A stretch of DNA of 64,000 bases from Bradymonadia bacterium (GCA_046290225.1 JBKAGE010000034.1:32001-96000); one strand, 5' to 3'. Positions 8,228-18,002 are shown, counted from the stretch's first letter. A program made the numbers and translations. Notes: generated by a model not told the origin, from the sequence alone.

Positions 8228-10042
8228 ATGTCCGGCGCCAATGACGCTTCCCCTTCGACCCGCTTCGCCGTGGGGATCGACCTGGGCACCACCAACTGTG
8301 CCCTGGCATTCAGGCCCATCGACGACGAAGGGGCCACCCCGGAGTCTTTCGAGATCCCTCAGGTGATTCAGCCCGGCGAGGTGGCCGCTCAGCGGCTGCT
8401 GCCCTCGTTCATGTACCTCCCCGCAGAGGGGGAGCTCTCCGAGGGCGCCCTCGGGGTGCCGTGGGATCCATCCCCTGTGGGCGCTGTGGGCCGTTTCGCC
8501 CGAGACAAAGGGGCCAGCACCCCTGCCCGGCTGGTCTCTTCGGCGAAGAGCTGGCTCTCCCACGCGGCGGTGGATCGTCGAGGGCCGATCCTGCCCTGGC
8601 GTGCCCCTGAAGAGGTGCCCAAGCTTTCCCCCCTCGAGGCATCGGCACGCTATCTGGATCATCTGCGCTCTGCCTGGGACAACGCCCACCCGGAGGCCCC
8701 CCTCGCGGAGCAGGAGCTCGTGCTCACGGTGCCCGCCTCATTCGACGCTGTGGCCCGAGAGCTTACGGTCGAGGCGGCTCATATGGCCGGTCTCAGCCAG
8801 CTGCGGTTGCTCGAGGAGCCCCAGGCTGCGCTGTACGCCTGGCTCGCGGACGAGGGTGCCAGCTGGCGCAAGCAGGTGAGCGTCGGCGACACGCTGCTGG
8901 TGGTGGACATCGGGGGTGGCACCACCGACTTCTCGCTGATCTCGGTTCAAGAAGAAGGCGGCAACCTGCAGCTCGAGCGCATCGCTGTGGGCGATCACAT
9001 CCTGCTCGGCGGCGACAACATGGATCTCGCCCTCGCCTTCACCGTAAAGGCCCGCCTTGAGAAGGAAGGCCGCAAGCTCGATGACTGGCAGGTGAGAGCT
9101 CTCACCTATGGCTGTCGTCAAGGCAAAGAGGCGCTCTTCTCCGATCCTGATCTCGCCGCTCACCCTCTCGTGGTCCCCGGCCGGGGCAGTCGCCTCATCG
9201 GCAACACCCTGCGCACTGAGCTGACCCGCGAAGAGCTCAACCGCGTCGTGTTGTACGGGTTCATGCCCGAGGTGGCGGCGGCAGATCGTCCGAAGGTGCG
9301 CATGCGGGCCGGCCTCACCACGCTGGGCCTCCCATACGCCACCGACGCCGCGATCACCCGCCACCTCGCGGCCTTCCTCGGTCGTGAGAGCCTGCCACGG
9401 GGCGAGGGGCACAGCTTCACGCACCCCACCGCGGTCCTCTTCAACGGTGGGGTGACCCGCTCCCCTGTGGTGCGAGATCGCATCATCTCGGTGCTCAGCC
9501 AGTGGTCCACCGGCGAGGGTGGAGAAGGCCCCAAGATCCTCGAGGGGGTGCACCCCGATCTCGCGGTGTGCCGCGGAGCGGCCTACTACGCTCACGCCCG
9601 GCAGAGCGGCGGTCTGCGCATCAAGGGGGGTACGGCGCGCGCCTACTACGTGGGTGTGGAGCGGGCAGAGCTCGCGGTGCCGGGGATCCCGCCCCAGGTA
9701 GACGCCATGTGCATCGCCCCCTTCGGCATGGAGGAAGGCGCCGAGGCCGCGCTGCCCGAGGCTTTCGGGCTGTTCACGGGCGAACCGGTGAGCTTCCGGT
9801 TCTTCTGCAGCTCGGAGCGCCGCGAAGATGCCCCAGGGGCCATCCTCGACCCCGACGATCTCGAGGAGCTGGCCCCCATCGAGACCACCCTCGACGGTGA
9901 GCCTGGGGCCGTGGCCACTGTGCAGCTCCAAGCACGCGTCACCGAGGTGGGTACGCTCGAGTTGTCTGCCGTGGAGCAGCGGCCCGACCAGTCAGCCTCG
10001 GGTCGTGCCTGGAAACTCAGCTTCAACGTCAGGGTGGAGTAG
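8228..10042 (+). CDS. Atypical Hsp70-family protein
   Basis: GIDLGTTN, TVPASFD, EEPQAA, DIGGGTTD, LGGDNMD. No DnaK DVLLLD linker or canonical substrate-binding domain recognisable. Confidence 0.9.
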   Translation: MSGANDASPSTRFAVGIDLGTTNCALAFRPIDDEGATPESFEIPQVIQPGEVAAQRLLPSFMYLPAEGELSEGALGVPWDPSPVGAVGRFARDKGASTPARLVSSAKSWLSHAAVDRRGPILPWRAPEEVPKLSPLEASARYLDHLRSAWDNAHPEAPLAEQELVLTVPASFDAVARELTVEAAHMAGLSQLRLLEEPQAALYAWLADEGASWRKQVSVGDTLLVVDIGGGTTDFSLISVQEEGGNLQLERIAVGDHILLGGDNMDLALAFTVKARLEKEGRKLDDWQVRALTYGCRQGKEALFSDPDLAAHPLVVPGRGSRLIGNTLRTELTREELNRVVLYGFMPEVAAADRPKVRMRAGLTTLGLPYATDAAITRHLAAFLGRESLPRGEGHSFTHPTAVLFNGGVTRSPVVRDRIISVLSQWSTGEGGEGPKILEGVHPDLAVCRGAAYYAHARQSGGLRIKGGTARAYYVGVERAELAVPGIPPQVDAMCIAPFGMEEGAEAALPEAFGLFTGEPVSFRFFCSSERREDAPGAILDPDDLEELAPIETTLDGEPGAVATVQLQARVTEVGTLELSAVEQRPDQSASGRAWKLSFNVRVE

Positions 10043-10045
10043 CCC

Positions 10046-12880
10046 GTGGTCAGCCCCCGTTACGTCATCGGCATCGACCTCGGCACCACCCACTGTGCCG
10101 TCGCCGCCAGCCTCGTCAGTCGCCCCAATATCAAGATCTTCGAGGTGCCCCAGCTCGTGGCTCCTGGTGAGATCGACGGGCGCCCCCTGCTGCCCTCCTT
10201 CATGTATTTGCCCGCCCCTGGCGAGCTCAGCGACGCCGATCGGACCCTGCCCTGGTCGGGGACCGCAGCAGAAGGTGGTGATCGAGGCCCCCTGAAGGGC
10301 TCGACCTCTGCGGATGCGGTGGTGGGCCTCTTCGCCCGTACACAGGGCGCCCGCACACCCATTCGCCTGGTCAGCTCTGCCAAGAGTTGGATCTGCCATG
10401 GCGGGGTGAACCGACGGGCGCCGATTCTGCCGTGGTCCGCCCCCGATGACGGGGCCAAAGTGTCACCCTTCGAGGCCTCGGCTCGATACCTCAACCACCT
10501 GCGAGCGGCATGGGATGCCGCCCACCCTGAGGCCCTCATGGCCGACCAGGAGGTGGTGATCACGGTGCCGGCCTCCTTCGATGGATCGGCCTGTGAGCTG
10601 ACCCAGGAGGCCGCCCGCGCAGCAGGTCTCAAAGATGCCCGGTTGCTCGAGGAGCCTCAGGCGGCGTTCTATGACTTCATCGGCGCCAACGCCGAGAGCC
10701 TCCGAGAGCAGCTCGGCGACGCCCGCCTCGCCCTGGTCATCGACGTAGGCGGCGGCACCACCGATCTCACCCTCATCAAGATCATCCCCGAGGGCGACGG
10801 CCAGCCTGGCCTCGAGCGCATCGCCGTGGGCGGACACCTGATGCTCGGCGGCGACAACATGGACGCCGCTCTGGCCCACCACCTGCAGAAGGCTGCTGGC
10901 ATCAAGGGCCGCATGGATCCCACGGAGTGGTCGGCGTTGGTACAGACCGCCCGTCAGGTGAAGGAGCGCCTGCTCGCCGAGGACGCCCCGGAGCAGACCA
11001 CGGTCTCGATCCAGCGCCGCGGCAGCCGCCTCATCGGCGGCACCCGCAGCGTCACGCTCACCCGTGACGACGCTCAGAAGATCCTGCTCGACGGCTTCGT
11101 CCCCTTCACCGCTCCTGACGAGGTGGCCTCCCGACAGGGTCGCGCCGGCCTCACCACCTTGGGGCTGCCTTACACCACCGACGCCGCCATCCCTCGCCAC
11201 GTATGCACGTTCTTGAGGCGTCACACCGAGGCTGCACGTGCGGCAGGCGCCACCATCGTCGACGGCCTGCCCAGGCCCGATGTGGTGCTGCTCAACGGGG
11301 GTGTCTTCAACGCCCCGAGCCTCATCGAGCGTCTGCAGGGGGTCCTCGACGTGTGGTATGGCGACGCCTCCGTGCGCTTGCTCAAGCACACCTCCCTCGA
11401 CACTGCAGTGGCCCGAGGTGCAGCCCGCTCGGCCCTGAGTCGCCATGGCCTCTCACCGGCCATCTCCGGGGGCACCGCTCGGGCCTACTATGTGGCCGTC
11501 GAGGGTGCTGATGGTGTGCGCCAGGCATTCTGTATCGCCCCCAAGGGCATGGAAGATGGCGAGACCATCGCCGTCAAAGATCGAGTCTTCAAGCTGGTGG
11601 TGGACCGCCCGGTGAGCTTCCCGCTCTTCGCCTACACGGGCGATCGAGTCGACGATGCCGGCGCCCTCGTCCCCATCGACGAGGAGCTTGACGAGTTGCC
11701 GCCGCTGCGCACGACTTTGCGCGTAAAGGGTGACGTCTGGGTGGATCCCGAGACGGGCGGGGTCCCGGTGAACCTCTCCTCTGCCCTCACTGAAGGTGGC
11801 GCTTTGGAGCTGTCCCTGGTGACAGTGGAGCTGCCCCCTCGCCGATGGCGTCTCCAGTTCTCCCTCGATCCACAGCCCGCCCCCAAGGCCCCTGAGCCCG
11901 CAGCCGTGGCGGAGAAGAAGGCGGCGCCTTTACCGCCCGAGCCGCCCTTGCCCGAAGGGTTCTCCCGAGTTCAGAGGCTGCTGGAGCGCACCTTCAACCC
12001 GCACTCTGCCGGGGCGGATCCAAAGGTGGCCAAGCCTCTGCGCAAAGATCTCGAGAAAGAGCTCGGGCCACGGGGCCAGTGGCCCTCTCACGTGTGCCGG
12101 GCTCTTGCCGACCGCCTGCTGAAGGTGGCTCACCTGCGTGGTCGGAGCGCCGGCCACGAGCTGGTGTGGTTGCGCCTCATGGGCTGGTGCGTACGTCCGG
12201 GCTTCGGCGCCCGCAAAGATGCAGAGCGCATCGAGAAGCTTTGGGCGCTCTGGGGCGAGGGGCTGCACAACCCCAACGACAAGGGCCTCTGGTCCGAGTG
12301 GTGGGTGATGTGGCGCCGTCTGGCCGGTGGGCTCTCCGTCGCCCAACAACGTGCGCTGTATGACGCTTGCGCGCCCTGGCTGTCGGGCGGCAAACCCCCT
12401 CCGGGGCCGAGAGCCCACGGGCATCCCGAGATGCTCCGTATGCTCGCAGCCCTCGAGGGCCTGACCTCCGCGCAGAAAGAGCAGAGTGGCAAGTGGACCA
12501 TCGCCCGCCAGCGCAAGGTGGGATCGTGGTGGCCCCTGGGCCGCCTCGGCGCCCGCGCTCCGGTCATCGCCGACGACATTGAGGTGGTCTCCACAGCCAC
12601 TGCTACGGCGTGGCTCAATGCCCTGCTCGAGCAGGACTGGGCCAAGGCCGAGGGGGCAGCATTTGCCGGGGTGATGCTCGCCCGACAGACCGGCATCCCT
12701 GGCCGAGACGTCGACGCAGCCCTCCGGAGTCAGGTGCAAAGCCGGCTGCTGGCCATCAGCGCCCCCAACACCTGGCTGAGCCTGCTCCACGAGCCCGCAG
12801 CGGCACCCACAGGCATCGCCGGCGGCACTGCGAAGGCCCTGCTCGGCGACAGCCTGCCCACCGGACTCCGCCTCGACTGA
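10046..12880 (+). CDS. Atypical Hsp70-family protein with long C-terminal extension (DUF3731-like)
   Basis: GIDLGTTH, TVPASFD, EEPQAA, DVGGGTTD; then a Pro-rich hinge and a Trp-rich domain (WLRLMGWCVRPGFG, EWWVMWRRLAGGL, LGRLGARAP, GDSLPTGLRL). Confidence 0.85.
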   Translation: MVSPRYVIGIDLGTTHCAVAASLVSRPNIKIFEVPQLVAPGEIDGRPLLPSFMYLPAPGELSDADRTLPWSGTAAEGGDRGPLKGSTSADAVVGLFARTQGARTPIRLVSSAKSWICHGGVNRRAPILPWSAPDDGAKVSPFEASARYLNHLRAAWDAAHPEALMADQEVVITVPASFDGSACELTQEAARAAGLKDARLLEEPQAAFYDFIGANAESLREQLGDARLALVIDVGGGTTDLTLIKIIPEGDGQPGLERIAVGGHLMLGGDNMDAALAHHLQKAAGIKGRMDPTEWSALVQTARQVKERLLAEDAPEQTTVSIQRRGSRLIGGTRSVTLTRDDAQKILLDGFVPFTAPDEVASRQGRAGLTTLGLPYTTDAAIPRHVCTFLRRHTEAARAAGATIVDGLPRPDVVLLNGGVFNAPSLIERLQGVLDVWYGDASVRLLKHTSLDTAVARGAARSALSRHGLSPAISGGTARAYYVAVEGADGVRQAFCIAPKGMEDGETIAVKDRVFKLVVDRPVSFPLFAYTGDRVDDAGALVPIDEELDELPPLRTTLRVKGDVWVDPETGGVPVNLSSALTEGGALELSLVTVELPPRRWRLQFSLDPQPAPKAPEPAAVAEKKAAPLPPEPPLPEGFSRVQRLLERTFNPHSAGADPKVAKPLRKDLEKELGPRGQWPSHVCRALADRLLKVAHLRGRSAGHELVWLRLMGWCVRPGFGARKDAERIEKLWALWGEGLHNPNDKGLWSEWWVMWRRLAGGLSVAQQRALYDACAPWLSGGKPPPGPRAHGHPEMLRMLAALEGLTSAQKEQSGKWTIARQRKVGSWWPLGRLGARAPVIADDIEVVSTATATAWLNALLEQDWAKAEGAAFAGVMLARQTGIPGRDVDAALRSQVQSRLLAISAPNTWLSLLHEPAAAPTGIAGGTAKALLGDSLPTGLRLD

Positions 12881-13012
12881 TCCACCCTCGACTGTTCCCA
12901 TCTGGCGCTCTGGTATCTGAGCCGCGGGTGCTCTAGTCTGTAACTCCTCTGCGTATCACAATGTGATTGGCAAACTGGTGCGCAGGTGCGCTCTCTCCAT
13001 TGAAAGGCAGCG

Positions 13013-14704
13013 ATGCAGATCTATACCAAGATCCTCCTGGGGATGCTGGCGGGCACCGTCATCGGCCTCACCCTGGGACCCACCTCCTCAGTGCTCGAAG
13101 CCGACGTCTACAGCCTGGAAGATGCCAGCGCGTACACGCTTCAGATCGACGTCGACGACCCTTCCACTACGGTAAAAATCCCGAAGATGGTGAAGGTCAA
13201 GTTCGAGATCCTCGAGCAGCGAGAAGACGTCTTCGTCGACAAGGCGGGCAAGAGCCACACCCTGCCGGCATGGTCCAAGGTGGAGTTCAGCTACTCCAAA
13301 GAGATGGCCATCCGCGACACAGGGGGTCAGCTCGCCGAAGCCTTCAACAAGCCCAAGCAGGGGGAGCGCCTCACGGCGTGGCTCAAGCTGAAGCACATCC
13401 CCTTGGAGAAGGGCGAGTTCGTCACCAGCCCATCGCCCATCAGCGGCCTCGGCGAGACGGTGATCTCGTGGCTGAGCCCCATCGGCAAGATCTTCATGCG
13501 GCTCATCAAGATGGTGATCGTACCTCTGGTCTTCGCCTCTCTGCTCGTCGGTGTAGCCAGCCTCGGCGACATCCGCAAGCTGGGACGCCTCGGTGGCCGC
13601 ACCCTGCTCGTCTACATGGTCACCACCGCCGTGGCCATCACTGTGGGTCTGGTCCTCGCTCAGCTCGTCGATCCGGGCAGCTTCATGGAAGAGGCCGACA
13701 AAGCGAGACTCACAGCCCAGTTCCAATCAGCGGCAGGGACAAAAGTGGCCAAAGCGGCCGCAGCGCCGAGCACGCTCGACAACATCTTGAGCATCATCCC
13801 CGCCAACCCCATGGAGTCTCTCTCCACGGGGAACATGCTGCAGGTCATCTTCTTCGCCGCCATCTTCGGCATCGCCCTCACCATGCTCGGGGCCAAAGAG
13901 GCCAAGCCCGTCGTCACCTTCTTCGACAAGGTGCAGCTGGCCATGATCCAGATCATCCACATGGTCATGCTCATCGCCCCCTTCGGGGTCGCCGCCCTCA
14001 TCGCCGAAGTGGTGGGCAACAGCGGTGCCTCCGTCTTACTGGCGTTATTAGGGTACGGACTCACAGTGGTGGCGGGGCTGCTCATCCACGGCGGTCTCAT
14101 CTACGGTGGTATGGTGAAGTTCGTCGCCAAGCTCTCCTGGGTGGACTTCATGAAGGCCATCCGCCCCGCTCAGCTCATCGCGTTCTCCACGTCGTCTTCT
14201 TCAGCAGCCCTGCCCGTCTCCATGGAGTGTGCTGAGCAGAACCTGCGGGTCTCGAACCCCGTGGCCAGCTTCGTTTTGCCTCTGGGCTCCACGGTGAACA
14301 TGGACGGCACCGCCCTCTACCAGGGGGTGGCCGCGATGTTCATCGCTCAGGTCTTCGGCATCGATCTCACCATCGGCGATCAGGTGAGCATCGTCGCCGC
14401 CGCCACCATGGCCTCTGTCGGTGCCGCCGGCGTGCCCGGCGCGGGTATGATCACCCTGGCCATGGTGCTCACCTCTGCGGGCATCCCCACTGTGGGCATC
14501 GCCCTGATCCTCGGCATGGACCGCCTGCTCGACATGTTCCGAACCGCAGTGAACGTCACCGGTGATCTCACAGTGACCGCCATGATGGCCGCCCTCGAAG
14601 GCGAGGATGTCCGGCCCATGACCGCATCAGAAGACCAAGCCAATCCCAATCAAGGGTTCGAAGGCCGCCTGGAGCATCAGCCAGAAGCGGTCGAGCCCGA
14701 TTGA
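13013..14704 (+). CDS. Dicarboxylate/amino acid:cation symporter (DAACS, GltP-like) with a large insertion after TM1
   Basis: IGKIFMRLIKMVIVPLVF, AFSTSSSSAALP, TVNMDGTALY, DRLLDMFRTAVNVTGD. Confidence 0.92.
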   Translation: MQIYTKILLGMLAGTVIGLTLGPTSSVLEADVYSLEDASAYTLQIDVDDPSTTVKIPKMVKVKFEILEQREDVFVDKAGKSHTLPAWSKVEFSYSKEMAIRDTGGQLAEAFNKPKQGERLTAWLKLKHIPLEKGEFVTSPSPISGLGETVISWLSPIGKIFMRLIKMVIVPLVFASLLVGVASLGDIRKLGRLGGRTLLVYMVTTAVAITVGLVLAQLVDPGSFMEEADKARLTAQFQSAAGTKVAKAAAAPSTLDNILSIIPANPMESLSTGNMLQVIFFAAIFGIALTMLGAKEAKPVVTFFDKVQLAMIQIIHMVMLIAPFGVAALIAEVVGNSGASVLLALLGYGLTVVAGLLIHGGLIYGGMVKFVAKLSWVDFMKAIRPAQLIAFSTSSSSAALPVSMECAEQNLRVSNPVASFVLPLGSTVNMDGTALYQGVAAMFIAQVFGIDLTIGDQVSIVAAATMASVGAAGVPGAGMITLAMVLTSAGIPTVGIALILGMDRLLDMFRTAVNVTGDLTVTAMMAALEGEDVRPMTASEDQANPNQGFEGRLEHQPEAVEPD

Positions 14705-14735
14705 TCGAACTCACTGATCACACCGACTGATCGAG

Positions 14736-15488
14736 ATGCCCTTCATGATCCATTGCCGCTCTCTCTTCGTGATCCTGACCCTCGTGGCCGCCGGCTGTGG
14801 TGGCGTTCAACAACCCGACGCCCCCGACATCAACACCCTGGAGCACGCCCCCAACCCCGACACGCCCCAGGCCCGAGGTGACGGCATGCAGGTCGAGGGC
14901 CTGTGGGGCAGCCTCGACGCTGAGCAGATCAGCGGGGTGATGATGGAGCAGATGGCGGGGTTCTCGAACTGCTTCCGCAAGAGCCCAGGCAGCTTTGTCT
15001 CCGGCGAAGTGCACCTCGCCTTCGTGGTCTCCTCCCGCGGCCGGGTGGAGCAGGTCTCCGTGGCCCGCTCGGATCTCGGCGCATGGCAGGTGGAGGATTG
15101 CCTGCTCAAGGCAGCGAAGTTCTTGATCTTCCCACCCCCTACAGGCAATGCCCGGGCCCGCTTCGCCTACCCGCTCATGTGGAACCAGGCCGGCGATCGC
15201 CTCGCGCTCCCCATGCAGCCCGCCTGGGGCTATCAGACGCTGTCCTCAAACAAGAAGCAGCTGCGTCGCTGTCGCGATCGTCATGACTTCAAAGACGCCT
15301 TCAACGTCACACTCTACGTGGGCCGGCTCGGTGAGGTGATCTCTGCGGGGTTCGACTCGGAGGTGGCACCCAAGGATCCCGAGCTGTCGGGATGCATCGT
15401 GAGCGCCGTCGAGGGCATGCGGTTTCCGGATCCTGGGGGGCGCGTGGTGAAGTACCGCGCCCTCTTGGAGTACGCCCCCCAGGGTTAG
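14736..15488 (+). CDS. Lipoprotein with two AgmX/PglI (TonB-C-like) domains
   Basis: Lipobox VAAGC; two repeats of C...G.V.l.f.v...G.V...v..C.....(F)PxP.G. Confidence 0.6.
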   Translation: MPFMIHCRSLFVILTLVAAGCGGVQQPDAPDINTLEHAPNPDTPQARGDGMQVEGLWGSLDAEQISGVMMEQMAGFSNCFRKSPGSFVSGEVHLAFVVSSRGRVEQVSVARSDLGAWQVEDCLLKAAKFLIFPPPTGNARARFAYPLMWNQAGDRLALPMQPAWGYQTLSSNKKQLRRCRDRHDFKDAFNVTLYVGRLGEVISAGFDSEVAPKDPELSGCIVSAVEGMRFPDPGGRVVKYRALLEYAPQG

Positions 15489-15498
15489 AGCTGAATGC

Positions 15499-16206
15499 TC
15501 AGCCCTCTTCCAGCCCCTTGCGCACCATCTCCCGCACATAGCGCGCCACCACGGCGGTGGCGGTGGAGTTGAGCACGAAGTTGCGCACCTTGTTGCGATC
15601 AGGGGTGCGGAAGTTGTTGTAGAAGACCAGATCTCCGATGAACAGCTGCTGGCTGCCCTCGATCTCGATGAGGCCGGGGATGTTGTCTTCGATGTCACCT
15701 GCAGGCAGCGCCGACTCGAAGCCCGGCAAGCAGAGCTCACGGGGCAGCGTACTCTGCTGATCCTTCGAGGGCAGCCCACCTCGGTGGTAGAGGTGCAGCG
15801 TGTCGGGATCGCGCCCCATCTTCTTCACCACCGACTCCACCCGCGGGCTCTGACTGAAGGCCACGTAGATGTCGGGCTCCACGGGCTCCGAGGTCCCGGG
15901 CAGATCACGGACCACAGCGGCGGCGAGCTCGGGCAGCCCCGAGGACTGGCGATGCATACGCACGAGGGCCCACATCCGCCCAGGGTGGATGTTGAAGGGC
16001 TCGATGAGGCCGATGAAGGGCTCGAAGGAGAAGGTCAGCCATGCGTGGCTCTGGGACTTGCGACCAGCGGCGAGAACGGGCCGATAGAGCATGTGCACGT
16101 CGCGGATCTCCTGCACGAGGGCGTGCAATACGCCATCGTTGAACAGGGGCTCGGCACGGCCCTCGATGAGGTTTTCCAGACGATCGGCGATGTCTCTCAG
16201 TCGCAT
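15499..16206 (-). CDS. Hypothetical protein
   Basis: 235-aa ORF with GAGGAG RBS and host-like codon usage; no motif recognised. Confidence 0.7.
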   Translation of the reverse strand: MRLRDIADRLENLIEGRAEPLFNDGVLHALVQEIRDVHMLYRPVLAAGRKSQSHAWLTFSFEPFIGLIEPFNIHPGRMWALVRMHRQSSGLPELAAAVVRDLPGTSEPVEPDIYVAFSQSPRVESVVKKMGRDPDTLHLYHRGGLPSKDQQSTLPRELCLPGFESALPAGDIEDNIPGLIEIEGSQQLFIGDLVFYNNFRTPDRNKVRNFVLNSTATAVVARYVREMVRKGLEEG

Positions 16207-16366
16207 CTCAACTCCTCAGGCTCAAGCCTCGTGTGAGGCTCACACCTTCCAGGTCACTGGTCCCGTAGGACCAGCCCTGGCGCTCCAGGGCATGTCGTGG
16301 GGGGCGGATGTCTGGCCGCCGGGCCAACCCGCCGTGCTAACCGTACCCCCTGCAACGCCCCAGCAC

Positions 16367-16405
16367 AAAAAATACGGGGGCTTCGGATGAATCGAAGCCC
16401 CCGTA
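16367..16405 (-). terminator. Rho-independent terminator downstream of tRNA-Arg
   Basis: 13-bp stem TACGGGGGCTTCG/CGAAGCCCCCGTA followed by T6 on the minus strand. Confidence 0.85.
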
Positions 16406-16473
16406 AAGGACTCTGCATGCACGAGGTTCACGAAGAACCGGACAAAAAATCGTGCAGAGCGATTTCTCATGTG

Positions 16474-16547
16474 TGCCCCCAGCAGGACTCGAACCTGCGA
16501 CCCCAGGTTTAGGAAACCTGTGCTCTATCCAACTGAGCTATGGAGGC
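16474..16547 (-). tRNA. tRNA-Arg(CCT)
   Basis: GCCTCCATAGCTCAGTTGGATAGAGC-ACAGGT TT CCT AA ACCTG-GGGTCGCAGGTTCGAGTCCTGCTGGGGGCA; CCA not encoded. Confidence 0.95.
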
Positions 16548-16620
16548 ATGATGTGTGCTCTACAGGGCCTCGACACCGATCGAAACCGCTCAGAGCGCCG
16601 CGGGCATTTCAGCGCGCGGT

Positions 16621-17133
16621 TCAATATGTGAGCAGGCTGTTCACCTTTCTCGGCTCGAGGCGCTTTGCACCTTCGAGGAACGACAGCTCGATCAAGACCG
16701 TCAAAGACACCACCTCGGCGCCGAGGCCTTCACAGAGCTGGCATGCAGCGTTGGCAGTGCCACCTGTGGCCAGCAGATCATCGACGATCATGACTCTGTC
16801 GCCGGCGCCAAGGGCGTCGGCGTGGATCTCCAGGGCGTCGGTGCCGTACTCGAGGGCATATTCCACCCGAGCGGTCTCCGCTGGCAACTTTCCGGGCTTG
16901 CGCACGGGCACGAAGGGCAGCCCGAGGATCTGCGCCACCGGGGTACCGAAGATGAAGCCCCGCGATTCGATGCCCACCACGTGGGTGATGTGCCCCCGGC
17001 CGAGATCGGCCATGGCCTGCACCACATCGTTGAAGGCCGCCGCGTTGGACAAGACGGGGGTGATGTCCTTGAACAGGATGCCTGCCTTGGGGAAATCAGG
17101 AATGTCTCGCACCAGCTGGCGGATGTGGTCCAT
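16621..17133 (-). CDS. apt: Adenine phosphoribosyltransferase
   Basis: IPDFPKAGILFKDIT, GIESRGF, YALEYGTD, VDDLLATGGT. Confidence 0.95.
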   Translation of the reverse strand: MDHIRQLVRDIPDFPKAGILFKDITPVLSNAAAFNDVVQAMADLGRGHITHVVGIESRGFIFGTPVAQILGLPFVPVRKPGKLPAETARVEYALEYGTDALEIHADALGAGDRVMIVDDLLATGGTANAACQLCEGLGAEVVSLTVLIELSFLEGAKRLEPRKVNSLLTY

Positions 17134-17231
17134 TGGGCCTCTTGGACAATCGTGATGAAGTTGAAAATCGCTGCGTGATTCGCCGAGCCCGCTCGAAGGC
17201 CTGTACTCGGGTGTTCACGCTCGCAGTCGGC

Positions 17232-18002
17232 TCAGCGCGCTGGCAGGTAGGCCATGGGGTCGACCGCCTTGCCTTTGACGCGCACTTCGAAGTGCAGGTG
17301 AGGGCCAGTACTGCGGCCCGTGCTCCCGACCTCGCCGATGCGCTGACCTTGCCGAACCTCATCCCCTTCGTCAACCAGATTGCGACGATTGTGGGCATAC
17401 ACCGTGACGAACTGGTCGGGGTGTTGGATCAGAATCAAGTTGCCGTAACCACGCTGCTTGTTGTTGCTGTAAATCACGGTGCCGGCGGCGGCGGCATAAA
17501 TGGGCGTGCCGGACTTCGCGGCGAAGTCCACGCCTCGATGCATACGACCCCAGCGGGGCCCGTACCCGCTGCTCAAACGGGCGCCCTTGACGGGCCATTT
17601 GAACCGGGACTTCCCCTTCCCCCTCGGCGCAGGCCGCTTCTTCGGGCGCTTGGGCGCCTTCGCCGCCAGCCGCTTCACGAGCTTGTCCACCCCATAGATG
17701 AACAAGTCCTGCCCCACCTCGAGCTGGTTGGGGTTGTCGATGCCGTTCAGCTCGATGAGATCTTCGATGGGCACTTCGTGTCGCTGGGCAATGGCCGAGA
17801 GGAGATCACCGCGGCTCACGGTGTACCAGACGCCGATCAGCTCTGGGGGCTCACCGGCCATGGGGGCCAGCGGCTGGCTGTGGCTGTGCGTATGAGGCTG
17901 TGGAGAGGAGACGCGCCGACCACCACCACCGCACGCAGGCATCAACAGCCACCCCAGGAGGGCGACGGCCAGCAGCAGTGATGACGAGAGTGGGCGTCGC
18001 AC
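17232..18002 (-). CDS. LysM + M23 peptidase lipoprotein (NlpD-like)
   Basis: Likely GTG start at 18002 with signal ending MPAC; LysM YTVSRGDLLSAIA; M23 motifs HRGVD, YAH and HLHFE. Confidence 0.85.
   Translation of the reverse strand: MRRPLSSSLLLAVALLGWLLMPACGGGGRRVSSPQPHTHSHSQPLAPMAGEPPELIGVWYTVSRGDLLSAIAQRHEVPIEDLIELNGIDNPNQLEVGQDLFIYGVDKLVKRLAAKAPKRPKKRPAPRGKGKSRFKWPVKGARLSSGYGPRWGRMHRGVDFAAKSGTPIYAAAAGTVIYSNNKQRGYGNLILIQHPDQFVTVYAHNRRNLVDEGDEVRQGQRIGEVGSTGRSTGPHLHFEVRVKGKAVDPMAYLPAR

Noticed and set aside
8228..12880. Calling these dnaK, hscA or hscC
   Set aside because: They lack the canonical linker and substrate-binding domain, and no dnaJ or hscB is adjacent.
12955..12983. TTGGCA...TGC after the palindrome ATCACAATGTGAT as a sigma54 promoter for the DAACS gene
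   Set aside because: GG-to-GC spacing is 9 or 11, not the required 10. The palindrome alone is too short to call.
15499..16547. Genomic island integrated at tRNA-Arg
   Set aside because: No integrase, no duplicated tRNA 3' end noticed, and neighbouring genes have host-like composition.
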